Assembly: GCA_030141605.1 (NCBI GenBank)
Contig: JAQGDQ010000220.1
Location: 163,786 to 227,785, forward strand
Direction of reading: 5' to 3'
DNA from: Tubiluchus corallicola
Lineage: Eukaryota > Animalia > Priapulida
DNA length: 64,000 nucleotides
Shown piece by piece: positions 11,365-26,506 of the stretch. Every line of letters begins with the position of its first letter. Position 1 is the first letter of the stretch. The notes under the pieces were generated by a model. It was not told the origin of the DNA. It ran no database searches and saw only the letters and a program-made list of their open reading frames with translations. Made by a program: the position numbers and the translations under genes.

Positions 11365-14300
11365 CTGGAATAACAAACACAATTAGACGGCAAAATAACT
11401 TGATTAAGTAAAATAAAATCAAACCCCGACCTTTGATTTTCCACTGACCTTTGATATTTCATGTCATACTAAGTGCTGGTACAACAGTGCAATTGTTGCA
11501 AGACTGCACCAATGAAAATAATTTTATGATGCATTTCTTCAATGCTTGCCGAGGTAAGCACACAAAATCTGTGAACAACAGTGCCATCTATCGTACAAAA
11601 TGCTCCACTGGTTTACAAATGCAATTTCCAATATCATTAGTAAATTGTATACTGTTATAACTGTTTCTTAAGAGTGTGGCACACCGCGAGCCAATAGCCA
11701 GTAGGGCGGCCAACTTATTACACTGATGGTGGCGCCATTGTAGCAGGACCATATTCTAGCCAAAATAAATTGCCCAGATGACTGAACTTGCAAGGTTCAG
11801 GGGTGATCAACCATGATTGGATCAATTATGTAAGGCATCAATTAATGAAGAAAATAGTAGACAGGAGTACAGTAGATTAAAGCGCGCAAATGGTCTTCTT
11901 GAAAACTATCCATCTAAATTGTTAACCAGGCATAGATGCTTAACTTTGGTGACTACGCACATACTACGACCACTTGGCAACACCAATTCGCCTTGTCGCT
12001 CATAAAAATTCTGAAACTTCAAAGGAACAATTACCACTACTATATTAAATAATTATATTTTTGCGAGTCAGTTGTATTCTATGTCCAAAAAATGGCACAA
12101 CAGTCCATGTGACTACAATTTTCAAACATGTTAACAATCGAGTGAAAAACATAGATCTACATTTAAAAATATAATATTTCCATAAAAATAATTAACATTT
12201 GCAGATTATATGTTATAGCAAAACATCATCGCAGAGTTATCCACCTGTGCCAGATATATTAATAATAATAATTTAGCTTAATAATATAGTCTTAATAATA
12301 TAGTTAAAGAATACATCTTAAGTAACTCAATACTCATATCCAAGATGGTCCAGATTATTATTACTCCTGTTACTTCGATAAACCTGTGTGCTTGGACGAA
12401 GAATCAGCGGTATAGTTAAAGAATAACATCTTAAGTAACTCAATACTCATATCCAAGATGGTCCAGATTATTATTACTCCTGTTACTTCGATAAACCTGT
12501 GTACTTGGATGAAGAATCAGCGGTATCATTTTTTTAATTTTTGGTATGACCTGGTTGGAAATTGAACCTCTGACCTCCCGCATGGGAAGCGAGCATCCTA
12601 CCAATGAGCTATACCATCCGGTGTAACTCATAAAAGAGCCAAATTCTCACCTTCTCATTCAGACTGAGTTTTTTTACCACAGCAAGCGGCAGATTCTCAT
12701 CCTCACTAAAACTTCGTCCACTGTTGCGTTTACCCGCTGAACTAGTTTCTGAACCTTCAGAACCGTGAGACTTCCGCCTCTGGTACTCATCGGGTACCTC
12801 ATGAGGCTACAAAGAGACGAACAGGTGTTGTAAAAAAATCGAGTCGAATTTGTATTTTAAGATACTGGAACAAAATGTTATGCGAGTGGAAATTTACTTT
12901 TATGCAAAGGAATCTTTTCTCTACAGTATGTTAGTAAATTCACAAAATTCATTAAAACAATGCTATCAAGCCTAACCAACAAATTTATTGGAGAATTTAA
13001 GATCATTTACTCAATTTGGGTATGAATTACACATTTTCAGGAATTCAAGAGTTTATTTTCCCACACTATATCATTACAATACAAACATAATATTATAGTA
13101 GCTCCAAAAATATAGCAAAGAGACAACACTTAAAATTAATTAGCTGGCACATATACAATATTGTACATATTTCTGATGCAAACAGGTTATTCTAAAAGGT
13201 TGACAGGCCAAACTGTATGGGGAAATCGAAGGTTTAATAAGTGAAATGATGACAAGAGGTAAAGATGTCTATGTAAATGGGTGTGAAGAAGATGGTGACG
13301 GAATAACAAACTGAAGCCAGAAGTAGAAAAAACAAACAGGAACCACTTTTAAAATGAAACGAACACAGATGAAGTTAAACACAGTACAAATTTAATCTAC
13401 ACTTATATTTCAGTTTGCTGGGAGAGGCAAAAGTGGGGAGACATTGGTCCAAATTTGCCAATTGTCCGTATTTACCGATACCAATCTAACACAGTAGGCA
13501 CTGTGTATTAGATTCGCAGTAATGTAGAATCAATCGCCTAATTGTCTCAAAAAAGTCTAGTATGGGCTGCTTATATTAAAAAGTATATAAAAACTGTCGG
13601 CAATTGACTGAAATCGCATGATTGATTCTATATTTTTATACATAGAGATATACATGTTGTTGCACTGATTACACTGATGTGATGATGCAAACAAAGTGAT
13701 GACCTGCCAACTAGCGGTCAGTTCGCGAAACAAAGGACTTGTGTCAACAGTATGCAGGACTTTCTAATGGCCCAGATTTTATCATCCGATTCTTCTGATA
13801 TCTGTAAAAGCAAGGTCCTGCAAACCAAGATATGAGTGTACTACCGATACGAGAAAGACGAAATAACGGGTGTCACTTACAGAATATGTCCGCTTTGGGT
13901 TCAACTTAATCTCAAACAAGTCAAACACGTACGACTTTGTACAGATGGGATACCTGTAATAGAATTATTTCACATTCAAATGGATATGCATCACGGATCT
14001 GATCCACTTCTACACATTTGCGTGCCATTATTAGAACTAAATTTAAATTATAAACATTTTGTAATCAAGAGTTCTGCTGACTGCTCAGAAGCCAATAATG
14101 GTTTCTATCCATGAAGTGTTTACAACAGGCAAACAAACAAACAACACAAACCTAATCCTGTTTATCTTGCTGAAAAGGCGGGCAGTTTTGTCAAGGCGAT
14201 ATTCACATATGTAACAGTCCTCCTCCTTTACTCCTTTTAGTCTGCCCTTGCAAAACGTGGCCAGATCCATCACGCAGCACACGCCCATCATAGAATCTAA

Positions 14301-16420
14301 TGGTATGATTTCATAAAGCGGCACCCGGAATACCTGGAAATAAAACGGCGTTTACGAGCACATAAAAAACGAGACAAAAAACGAATTCGAACACGATTCC
14401 CTGTTAACCTGGCATACAGATACGACCACTATAAGTACAATATTCAGAAACAGTGATAGCAATCTAAGTACATACCTCATTGGGAAAAAAACGACGAGAT
14501 GGCTCGTGATACGTTTCGTGTGGCCGATAATAATGATGTCCGAATGCAAATTTCTCACCACTATAAGTAACGTGAAAATGATGTTATATTCACATCGGTG
14601 CATGAAAATACTGAATAATTGCAGTATCACTATCACTAGCAATTAATATCACTAACTGCAGAAAAGCAAACGTTTCTTTAGCTGGTAAATGCATCATTCA
14701 CACCTTTGCCTTGATTAATCTATGTGTGTGCAAAGAAAAGAACATTTATCACAAAGCCAAGTCAATTGATACAAACTTCAAATCATAGTGAACAATCACG
14801 CTAGACTTACTGTTCGTTCTTCCAAAGTTTTTCCACACGAAAGATGTCAAGTTTTGACTTGTCCACGTTTTTTACATCTCTGAACGTCGGATAGACAGTG
14901 GGGGAGGCTGTTGAGCTTGCACGAGGACAATCCAATCCAAACTCAAACTCTTGCTTCCTGCTTTTAGTCGGCGTTAAAGACGTGGCAGCAGCGGGTGTGG
15001 CAGGCGTGGTGCCGGCCTTAGGGGGACGGTCACGCAGAAGGTAGACACAATCACCTGCACAAAAAAGAGGCTTACAAACATCCTTTAACACTTGCTTTTA
15101 AACTGTAGAGGATTTTCTACTGGCATTCTTCAAGCTACAGATAATCTCATCAAGTTTACTTATGTTAAGAACAGATCACCTAGTAGTAGTAGTTTATTGA
15201 CATTAGTTCAGCAAACACTTCACAACATAATAATAACAATAGTAACAATAAATATTCACTCTACATACATCCTTACGTTTCTACTATATAATAGTAGTCT
15301 AGCGAGATTGTCATGGGAATAATTTAGTATATCTGTAATTATTTTTCCACATGTTTCCGGCTCTAAATTAAACAGATTGTCTGTATTATTAAAAGTCATA
15401 TTGTACTTTGTTTGCACTCCTTCAGTTACTCTACATCTTGTTACTACTTGTTGTTCATTTTGTACTTCATCTTCACAAATATTACACAATCTCCTATGGT
15501 GCGGTACCGGGGGTCTTACTCATCTTCCTGTTTCAACTTTCAAGTAATGTGCAGATAAAACAAATCAGCTAAAATTGATACGCAGCGAATCAGCCATATT
15601 AGTAGTATATACCTGGTGCTGTAAGACATAAATGTTCTGTAACGACAGGAGTTTAAATTTGTTGAATTAATCAGATTTCAGGCAATAGATAGAGGCTTGT
15701 CTTCACTGATATTGGGCATCTTCTTACATAGCAGTTGTCTCCGCCTTTTCAAAATTTATTCTTTTAAAAGGGGCATATCTGCTTCTATGTAACACAACTC
15801 GTTTGGTGAGGATTATTTTACTCCCAGTAGCACTTTCACAACTTTGTTGTATAACACCTCGAGTGCTCCAAAGTCTGACATTAACCAAGTTCCTGCTGCG
15901 TAAGGCAGCGCACTTGTAACGCAGGCCTCTGCCACAGTTTTTTTCAGTGTAGACGGCATATTATAGTTATAGTCGATGAACAATACAAATTTCAGCATTT
16001 ATTTTGTTTAGTCATGAACATGTTCTCGCATAACAGACCGCATATCTCCATCATCTGTTATTGGTGAGCCTAAGTACCAGTACGTTTTCGTGTATTTAAT
16101 CTTGAGATTTCCAAAGGTAAAACTTGGAGTGTTTTCAGGAGAATTATTAACGACCATAAATTGTGTCTTGTCTTTGTTTAAATTTAAAATAAAGGTCATA
16201 GAAAAAACCTTGGTTATTATTAACTATGCAGATACCGCTCTTTATCAAATGGTCGGCAAAACATGAAATTCTGATCTTAAACAATATCATTGTGTTCACA
16301 TCAGATGTTTTTCAGCCTGCCTTAATAAGCGTTGTACTCATAAATATTGCTGTTATTATTATTATTATTAATATTATGATTATGATTATGATTATGATTA
16401 TGATTATGATTATGATTATG

Positions 16421-16481
<61 letters not shown>

Positions 16482-19400
16482 GTATTGTCATTACTATTAT
16501 TATTCATTTGAACATCTATGTTCAATGATTTTAACATCATTTTTAAATCTTTATATTAACTTCGCAAGACGAAACTGGAATACAGATTATCACGTTAATG
16601 CCCACTGAATACGTTATGATAAAATTTTAAATACCTAAGTACAAAACTAAAACTTGAATAAAAACAAGCTTTCAAGTTCTGTAGCGGCAGGACTCCATGT
16701 AATGTGTAATGCATAAGGCATATTGGCTGTTTCCATGGATCCGTGAATGCTATGCATATTAATAAAGCTCAAGGCGACCTTTTGACATCTTTTGTTGCTG
16801 TGTGAAAATAATAACTTCTGGAAGCCATGTCTCTGTTGAAATTTCAGCATGAAAGTGAACAAGAAATAATCACAGCAGCAGCATTAGCTTATCATTGTCC
16901 TATTACGCAGAAACATTCAAAACATAGCATAACAAAGCACAGGTTTGGGTGCATAACATTCTGCAGGGGTGAGAACACTACATCATGCTATCACTGAGGA
17001 ACGAAGGAACCACAACTAGATGCAGAACAACATAATTATAAGCTCCTTTCACCTGTCAAAAACTCATTCAGAAGAAATATTATTGTATATAGGTCCCGAA
17101 TTGACCAAAATTCATCTGACCAGGAAGCCAATCAGCAAAAATGGTCGCCAGAAACTTGAAAGCTTATTAAATCACCTAGGCAACTAGCTATCACGTTTGA
17201 GTGAATACTGATCACGCATTACATACACACGGAAACGCATCCACGTTTAAAAAAAACTGTTCTACATGCATCACACTGTTATATATCACAGATTATGTGT
17301 ACATGGAGTCCTACTTTAACACCAAATAGTTTTCACATTTGTACTGAATCATTATAGCTCACCTTGTCTAATCTGAAGATCATCACGCATCAATGTTAGG
17401 TAATATTTACAACCGGGCATCGCATACATTGGTTGCGGTGTCATTGGAACTTCCTGAAAGTAAATAATAGTAAGTAAAGAAAGTAGCCTATAGCATCTTT
17501 TGAAAATTGTTCTGTTTGCCTAACAAAAGACTTTTAATCAATTATTAATCAAATAAAACAATTAACAAAAAATATCTTGCAGTAAAAACGAAAAATGATT
17601 CAATGCAACCCTGCACACAGTCTTCAACAATGTTAAAAATTGTTTGAATTTATTTCTTGAAATCTGTCTTGTGTTTTTCTGTGCACATTGTAATTTTGAT
17701 GCAACTTGTGATACTCAGCAATTATCTTTTCTGTACAAAATTGTTTAACATTGTGGTAAAGTTGACAAACAGAAGAAAAAAAAGCATTTAAGTGTAGCGG
17801 TTTTTCAATTTTTTTCTGTTATGTGGCTGGTGATGCGCAAAAGACTGTTTTTTTATTTTCTATATCACAAACTATTCACCATTTATTAACTACAGTTGCA
17901 CATACCTGACTTATGGGTCGGGGCAAGCAGAGTTCACACGCATAATTTTCCTCGCTGCCGGTGACATTCATACAATCAGCATGTTGCCACTTGAAGCATT
18001 TCTCACACTGTATCATCAAACCCTCATCTTTGTAGATGTTGCAGATACAGCGAATGATCTCTTCCTCCTCCTGTTCCTCATCCTCATCACCTTGTAAAAA
18101 CATATTAGAAATAAGTATAAGAGAAAAGCATAAACAAAACTAACCTTCAGGTCACCCCGTTTTCTTATTCTGCTTTGTATACGTAAAAAATAAATACTGG
18201 ATACATAAAAAATAAATGCTATTGACTTAAACATTCACAGAGAATAAACAGAAAATATCTCTCATTCGTTTCAATGGGAATCTGATGGGACTTAGCCTAA
18301 TTAACGACTCTTTAACAAAAAGAAGGCCACATGCACATTAGGCTACAAGCAGTAAAAAATTTTACAAATGTTTAATCACAACAACATTTATGTTAACACA
18401 TCGGGCACCAAAAACAGTTTCAAACCTCCTTTTCTGCAAATCATCCACCAGCAACATTTCACTGATTTTACCAGCAATTTCACCACATTTCACCTGCAAT
18501 TTCTCTCAACAGATGGCAGCATAATGCCAAGATCTTACCTTCGGATTTCTGTCTTTTGTTGACGTGGCGACTACCGGACCTCTTGTGACCTGTGAATTCG
18601 TCGCCTAGAATATCTTCGAAATGAGCGTTAGCATTCAGCTTGGCAGTTTGATATACAGACTGCAGTTTGGATACAGCATGGCTGATGCTGGAGTTTTCCC
18701 CATGATATTTCTATTAGTCAGAAATATGTTAGAAAAATTGTGTTCCCTTAACAATGTTGATCGGCTAAAAAACATCAATTCTTTTGACTTAATTATTTAC
18801 CACTGCAAAATATCTTTGTATTGTGAAATCTAGTTTATTTAGTATGCTTAAAATATCCAAAATATGTCACAGTACGTAGAGCATAAGCTTGTACATCCCT
18901 CAGCAGTCAGCAGTGTACGAGAACAAGCATGTATATGTCTGAGCAGCCAGCAGTGTTTGAGTACGAGGATGTACATGCCTCAGCAGTCAGCAGTGTGTAA
19001 GTATAACCATGTACATGTCTTAGTAGTCAGCAGTGTGAGTATAAGCAGGTATGTGCCTCAGCAGTCAGGAGTGTATGAGTATGAGCATGTACATGCCTCA
19101 ACAGTAAGCAGTGTGTGACTATGAGCATGTGTATGCCTCAGCAGTCAGCAGTGTACGAGTATGAGCATGTACATGCCTCAACAGTCAGCAGTGTACGAGT
19201 ATGAGCATGTGTATGCCTCAGCAGTCAGCAGTGTATGAGTATGAGCACGTACATGCCTCAACAGTTAGCAGTGTATGAGTATGAGCACTTACATGCCTCA
19301 GCAGTCAGCAGTGTGTGACTGTGTAATGTGAGAAGTAATGTGAGGTGCAACAATATGACAAGACGTCATAAAATAACACAACAGGCGTGCAAGATGTGTT

Positions 19401-22400
19401 ACCTGAGCGTTTCGAAACAGTCGCATCATGTCCGATTCAAATGTCGATATGGTTTTGTAAACTCCGGTCAAGATGTTTCGCTCGATCGTACTGAGATCAA
19501 TTGGTTGAGTAATCAGCTGATAGTACTCCGGATTTCTAGGGTAAAAAATAAGTGTTTCATTAACATAAATAAATGGAGTAAAATATATAAAATCATGTTT
19601 AGATGACGCAAAGATATAGCTGTGAACTGAATATTGCATAAAAAGCGGATTAAATGACCAATAGCTTAAGATCCTAATCCCAGCCTGTATCAAATGTAAT
19701 TTGAAAGTCATTTAATTAAAGCACGAGAAAATACTCTTCATAAATAAAGCTTAAAAAGTTGGTCTTGAAAGTTTTTTATCACTCACACACTGTCTTATTA
19801 CATTCATTGCTTGCAGGCAATACAATAGGACTTGTATTAGCATCAGCGTTCTATAATACTAAGAAATTTAAACTCTCGCAATGACCATTAGACACAGCCA
19901 TTTTGACAGAAACTCATATGAAACAAATTCAGATAACATTGCGGGAAGTTTAAAAAAAAAGACAGCATTCGTAGTACACACGTCACGAACTAAGTAAAAG
20001 TATAAATTACTATATCTTGTCAACAAGATTAAAAATGTTTTTTTGGTGATCAGTAGTGCATACTAGGAAGGTAAGTCAGTGATATTTTCCAGTTGGAGTG
20101 AACATCGTAAATTAATAAGAATTTCCTTTTCTAGTTACTAAGCCTTTCAAGCAGGTAAGCGTAATGCTAAGTAATATAACTTTGTATGGAAAGTTCTTTG
20201 GGATATACTTTAAAATTCTTTTTTCTTCCTCTTTTTAACAAAGACTTATATAATGTATGTTACTTTTTCTTTGAAGGAAGGTTGACCAAATCTGCCGACA
20301 GAATGCATCCGCTGCCGTCCTTAGCCGTCGAAACTGCGACGAAAATGTCTCTAAAAACCTGAGCAAGACGAGCCGTCCTCGTCAACTCATGATTCTCCTC
20401 TGCCATAGCTAAACGCCGGGTTCGCACGGAGCGTAACGTGTTCAGTGCTGTAAACTGGGTCATAAACACATCTGAAACGACATAAAAACGACATCTGATG
20501 AAACACTTAAAGACTTTCACGTGTAATTGTCAAAAAGAAACCAATCCCTCCTATTCACTCTTTATAGCAGCTGCTATAAACATCTGAAAGACTGTTATAC
20601 ACCCTCAGCAGATCAGTAACAATACCTACTGACACACATTTTAATCAAATTTCCAAATATCCAGAAAAAATATTTGCTGCAAGTGATTGTGTGCCTTTTA
20701 AGCAACATCTCTGTAGTCCCACTTCAACTGTATATCAGACATTGATCAGCAAACATTAAGCAGTCATTCTAGACCTAAATTATTAAAATTAGTCTCCTAA
20801 AGCATTTGAACGATACAAGTTTGGCAATCAACATGTTAAATCAATTGGAGAAAGGAAATTAGCTGAACAGAAAAAATTCCTTACCAGCCTTATCTGGTTT
20901 CGTGTCACGTACGAACTCACCGGGACCGTACAGACCGTCGTCGGACTGCGAATTCAGCTTGCCTCGCATGTGGCGCACTCTCTCCACGTTCCGCAACAGA
21001 AAGCAGCGATTGCGTAAGACAAACACACGCTCCCTAAAAGACATCGGTCTCCGTGACGACAGCTGCAAGTGAGGCGATTTCGGCGGCCGTCCTGGACCCT
21101 GGAAGAGAAGCAGCTCAAAACTATCTTACCACACTGATAGGAAGTATGAGCTAAAAAACTGAAATCACACCTTTCCGAATTGTGATTAAACATCCTAACC
21201 AGTACAAACTAACTATAATTGATGTGAATTTCACTGAGCCTGATTTCTGATGCAAGTGAAAATGGGAACACAAAACCTTCTGATTAATTAACTAAACTCA
21301 CATATAATTATCTGAGACTTGGACACAGCAGCAGTAACAAAATTACTGAATGTAACACCCGTTGTTTCAATGGTAAGAACTATTTGTTGGTTTTCGCTTT
21401 GCCACGCTATTAATTTCATTTTACAAAAAGTTATTAAATTACGGGATGTAGAAAATTTTGTTGTTAATGCTTCTTAAGATTTTGCGGTAATATGATAACA
21501 GCGTTTAATAAAGCATGTAAATTAAACTTAACCAACATTTAACTTCATTACTTAGAAAAGGGTTGCTTTTCACTTGGAATAAAATAATTTCTCACACTTT
21601 GTTCATCTGAGATTATAGCAATACTTACAGGTTTCTTGCCATCTTTAACTGGTATCGATTTCAGTCGGCCGTGAACATCTCCGCTGAGTGGACGCCCGGC
21701 TGACCGCTTGACCATCTGACCATTTACGCGTTGGCTACGCCCGCCGATAAATCCACGACACCGGGTGCTGCCACACTTGCAGTGCTGTAAAAATGAATTT
21801 TGAATGAATACATGCATCAGGTAAATCTCATGGAAAAACACATCACATTTTGCTGGCTGAATAGTAAGGAAAAAACCACCATGTTTCACAGTGCTGTCAC
21901 CTATATGCCCTTTGGTGTAACAAGCCATGTGCAGTTGTCAGAAAAAAATGTGAGATTTTTTGACAATGCAAGCAACCCTTGTTAAGATAAATTCTCATTG
22001 TTCTAAAGAAAATACACCTTACACTTGCCAAATAGTTGAAAAAAATAACAGCAAATATTTTGATAGACACTTTGTGATAAAACTGTTAAAAAACCTAAAG
22101 TGCTCAACTTGCTTCTGGAACTAGGTTCTTGTTACATTAAAATTATGTAAGAAACAAACAAGCAACAAAAGAGCAGCAACAGCAATAGCAACAACAATAA
22201 CAGCAAAACAGCAACAGCAGCAGCAACTACAACAACAGCAACATCATCAACAATAGAAGCACTCTAGCAAGGCATTTTCAAATGCTTTACAAGATGAATA
22301 AAAATTGGATACTAAAACCCAAATTATGACTTTTCAAGATGTGAAATAAAAGAAGAGGAACGTGTTTAGTTAGAGTCTAGTGTGTCAGTTTAATAGGCAT

Positions 22401-25400
22401 TTCTAAGCAAGATTGCTAGCAGTATCATCAATCAGCGCTTGCCATTAATCATAGGAAAAATCTTGAGAAAGCGGTGCAATCTTCAAGTGAGAGTCAATAC
22501 TGCACACAGCTCCAACACTTTCTCATTAAACACAAACATCCATAGGACAGATACAATCTTTTCCAAACAGCTTAATCGTCTTCCATTACAAAAATAAAAT
22601 TGAACAGTAGAGTGCACCACACCGGTGCAGTGTAAATTTTTCTTCTGCTGCCATCTTTTGATAAAAAATGAAACAGCTAGGTTAAAGCCTCGTTCACCAA
22701 CTAAGCGATTTTTAAAGCTGTCATTATCAAATTAAAGAATTTGATAAAAATCATCAAGCAACAAGCACACCTTTGTGTTAATAGACATCACAGAGGTTGT
22801 TCCACAGATGTTACTGCTTCTACTTGGAAGCCTTGTAGTGGCTTAGTGAATATGATACTATGCCAAAATTACGTAACACAGACAGATAAGAGAAGTTTCC
22901 TCCATAGTTTTACTAGGAGGCATGGAACGTGTTGGTAGCATTTTATTGTTGTGCTCTGGGTTAGTAACGCTTCCACTGGTCAGCGCATTTCTCTCATGTA
23001 AAGAAGTGCTGTTGTTTCTCTTAATCATCAGTACATATGATGAATATACTAAATAAAAACTACTATTAGCTGCTTCGGTGTGATGATGGTAACTACATTT
23101 CCATAAAGTAATTGTACAACAAAAGAATGATTTAACTAGAAAATTTACAACAAGAGAAATGCCCTTTGGCTCAAACTACTATTTAGTTTTAAGCTTCTAG
23201 CAAAAAGTTTCAGAAATGCCAACTATCTAAACTGACACCTTAAAGGGAAGAACAAGTCACTTATCTTGCTGGGTTTATGTTACTTGTATCAGTTAAACTT
23301 ATAAAAATATAACATTGAAATTTGCAAACACATTGTCTGTAAAGCATAAAGTTAGTTTACGCTGCCGATGTACAAAAATTTTCAGGTGCAGTGTCAACCA
23401 TCGTAAAAAATTAACTTATACAGCATTCAGCAAATTCCACAAATCTTATGCAATTCAATTACAATTTCAAACACAGAATATCTACCATTTCTACCAATTT
23501 CTTTCGCTTCTGCAGGATAAAGAAGACTCTTAATACAAAACTTTGAAAATTTCAAAAACCAGAAACAAACAGCAAAATGAATGAGAGAGCAGTAGATTAC
23601 CCTAGAATTACCGCAACAAGTGCTGACAACAATTTTTTTAAATTAGGCGTGTCGCCTCTGCATCATTAAGCAGGCTTTGGGTGTGGCCAGCGGGTGGTCT
23701 GACTGGGTGCAATCAAACGATCTAATTACAATCTACTATATAGTTCACAACTACGAAAAGCATCACCAGCTGCAAGTGTATTTCCCAATGAAACGTCCGG
23801 GCTTTTAGACACATCTGATGATGTAAGTAGAAATGATCACTGTTAACACTGTAGTGAAGTAGGCTGGAAAAATGATGGGGAAATTACGTGAATGTTAAAA
23901 AAACAAAAGAAACTCAGCAGAGCACAGACTTCCCATTAAAGCTGGACTGTGGGGTATATGACTAAATTAGATTTAGTCATTAATTATTCTGACATCATCA
24001 TATTAATTACTTGCACCTTTGCTTTCTCAAGCTGCTATTTTTCTGCAGTAGGGGGTGAGTTGATGGATCCTTTGTCGTGACATTATACAGAATTTTCCCA
24101 TGCAAATTGTCAATAAATAAAAATAGATGTTCTTTTGTTATTCTTAATTAATCACTACCAAAATTATGAGCGTTTTTTATTGTCTCATGCCATATTTCTC
24201 CAAGTTTTCTCAGAAATCACGGAAGCAGTTCTGGCGTAATTTTGTCATCAAACAAACAAACAAACCAACGATGACGACAATATAACCCTATTAGCAGAGG
24301 TAACTAACAATACTTTTGACATTGATAATGGTAAAAACATTGTCTTTTCAAACAAGACTACTAAACACATTGCTGCATTAGCCTTGATTAAAAAGTTTTC
24401 TGATAAAGCTGTTAATACAAATGATGTTTGGTAGCTTTATATATTTTGCTCTTTCCCAGCAGAATGTAACATTTTGAGTTAAATTAGCCTTAGTTGTGAT
24501 TTTGGAATTCATAATCTGCTTTTTACTGGACACCACAAATAGTCTGTTGTAAATCCATGGCAACACAACACAAACAGTCTCTCCATTACATATCTTTTTC
24601 TGCTTAGTACACCACAATAAGTAAAGGTTAAGGTTAGATATGAGCTTTTGGCTTAAATGTCTCCTGTTTTTTGCTATTGCTTTTTATGGTATTTGGTGTT
24701 TTTCTGCAGGCAGCTGTAGTTTTTGTGTGCTTTTTTTAGTGAAAGCATTTAGCTTGTCTTTTTTGTGGGTTTTCTCTGTGCTTTATCACCACTTGTGTAC
24801 TATTAAAGTCATACGAAACCCTAACTATAATATAAACTTTTACAACTTAAAATCCGACTCTCATCATGAATATTCAATTTGTTTGATTAAAAACTTACTG
24901 TAAAGATTTTTTTATCACTTTGTTGTTAGCAGTACTGAACCGCAAATTTTTCGTTGCACAAGATGAATGATGTTATGAGTACAGTCACGAGGTCGCCAAA
25001 GATTGGTAAACAAACATCAGCAACCAAAGACACTTTCTGCACATTGTACATCATTCTCGCTCACTCACGCCAAAGACGCGAAACATGACAATATTTACAG
25101 CAATGAACGTGTTCAAAATTCATCAGAAAGTTTTTTAATTTATAAGTCCTTTTTGTTTAATAATAACTATGATTTTTTTGTGTAATCATAATAATAAGAA
25201 AACTTCAATGTCTGTGGGAAATATAAAGGTTTTTAAATAAAAAAAGTTTTTAGTGAAATTTTGTACATTTTTAATCTATTTTACGTTTCTTATGAAAACG
25301 GTTTGCATCAGTAGAATTTTGCATTTCTTTACAGTGAGTTTTGTGTTTATCATTTACACACATTCATAAATGCTGCTAAATATTTTTGCTCACAGTTTCA

Positions 25401-26416
25401 GCTCTACTATTGTTGTTATTCATGTTGATGCTGTTGTTGTTATCGACACTTTTGTTCCAGTCGCTGTTGTTGTTGTTGCAGTTAATACTATTGTTACTGC
25501 TATAGTTGTTCTTATAATTATTAATATTATTCTCATTATTATAACTATTTTTTCATATTATTATTACAATTAACACTATTTTACAGGCATTTTAAATACT
25601 TGTTACCCAGTAGCCGGAAGACACTCGCCATACTTAACGAAACAAACTGCATTATTTCATTTCCTTCGGATGCCATAAAATGCTTCGTGGACAAATAAAC
25701 TGCAAGCCAGATCACATCAATCAGATTTTAAAACTGCCAGCAGAGTCCATATTATTGCTCGCCGAATTTATTTGGCTACATAAATTGACTGAGACGACAT
25801 GCAGCGTCAATACAGCGGATTATGGGGGGATAAATGCAACCAGAGCGGCAAACTACAGCAAGCTTCCATATATTGCACTTCTGCTAAATAATATTACGTT
25901 AAATCATTCTTCAGCGATATTATATAAATCAGCATGACAGTTTTGTGGAATTATGCTAGTCTAATGAGCAGTTGAAAATCTTTCAAACGTAAGAAAGAGA
26001 CAAAAGAAAAAAGTATGAGGTAGAGAAAAAACTAATACATTTAGTCCAGTGGAAAACATCTAGTTGGTGGTCTTAACAATGGTCAACCAGTACACCTGGC
26101 ATTATCTGCTCTATCTGCAACTGTTGGCATTTTTTGAATTCCAGCAACATGTCACCCAAATTTAACACCGTAATAAAAATGACAGGATTACTGCTGAAAG
26201 TCCACAGCAATTTACAAAGCAAAATTTGCAATGTTGAGCCGAAACTTCACAAACTTTGGCAGCTAACCTCTGATTCACATTAGTAACTCGCACTTCACTG
26301 ATTTTACAAAATGATTTAACGGATATATACCTTTGTGCTTTATTCTATTTTCTAGCAAAATCAAGAGAGGGGGAGGGAGGGAGAGAGAGGGAGAGAGAGG
26401 GAGGGAGAGGGAGAGG

Positions 26417-26506
<90 letters not shown>

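Noticed and set aside
11895-11960. 5S rRNA-like fragment on - (also about 31868-31920)
   Set aside because: Only short degenerate similarity (CCATC...TAACCAGGC...TGCTTAACTT); at best an old SINE relic, not an rRNA gene
12545-12622. tRNA gene
   Set aside because: A and B boxes are present but there is no clean cloverleaf and it runs into a repeated SINE body
16226-16540. Poly-Ile and poly-Asn/His ORFs
   Set aside because: Translations of an (ATT)n/(ATTATG)n microsatellite
18864-19118. 84-aa repetitive ORF
   Set aside because: Product of the 40-bp minisatellite, antisense within an ASH1L intron
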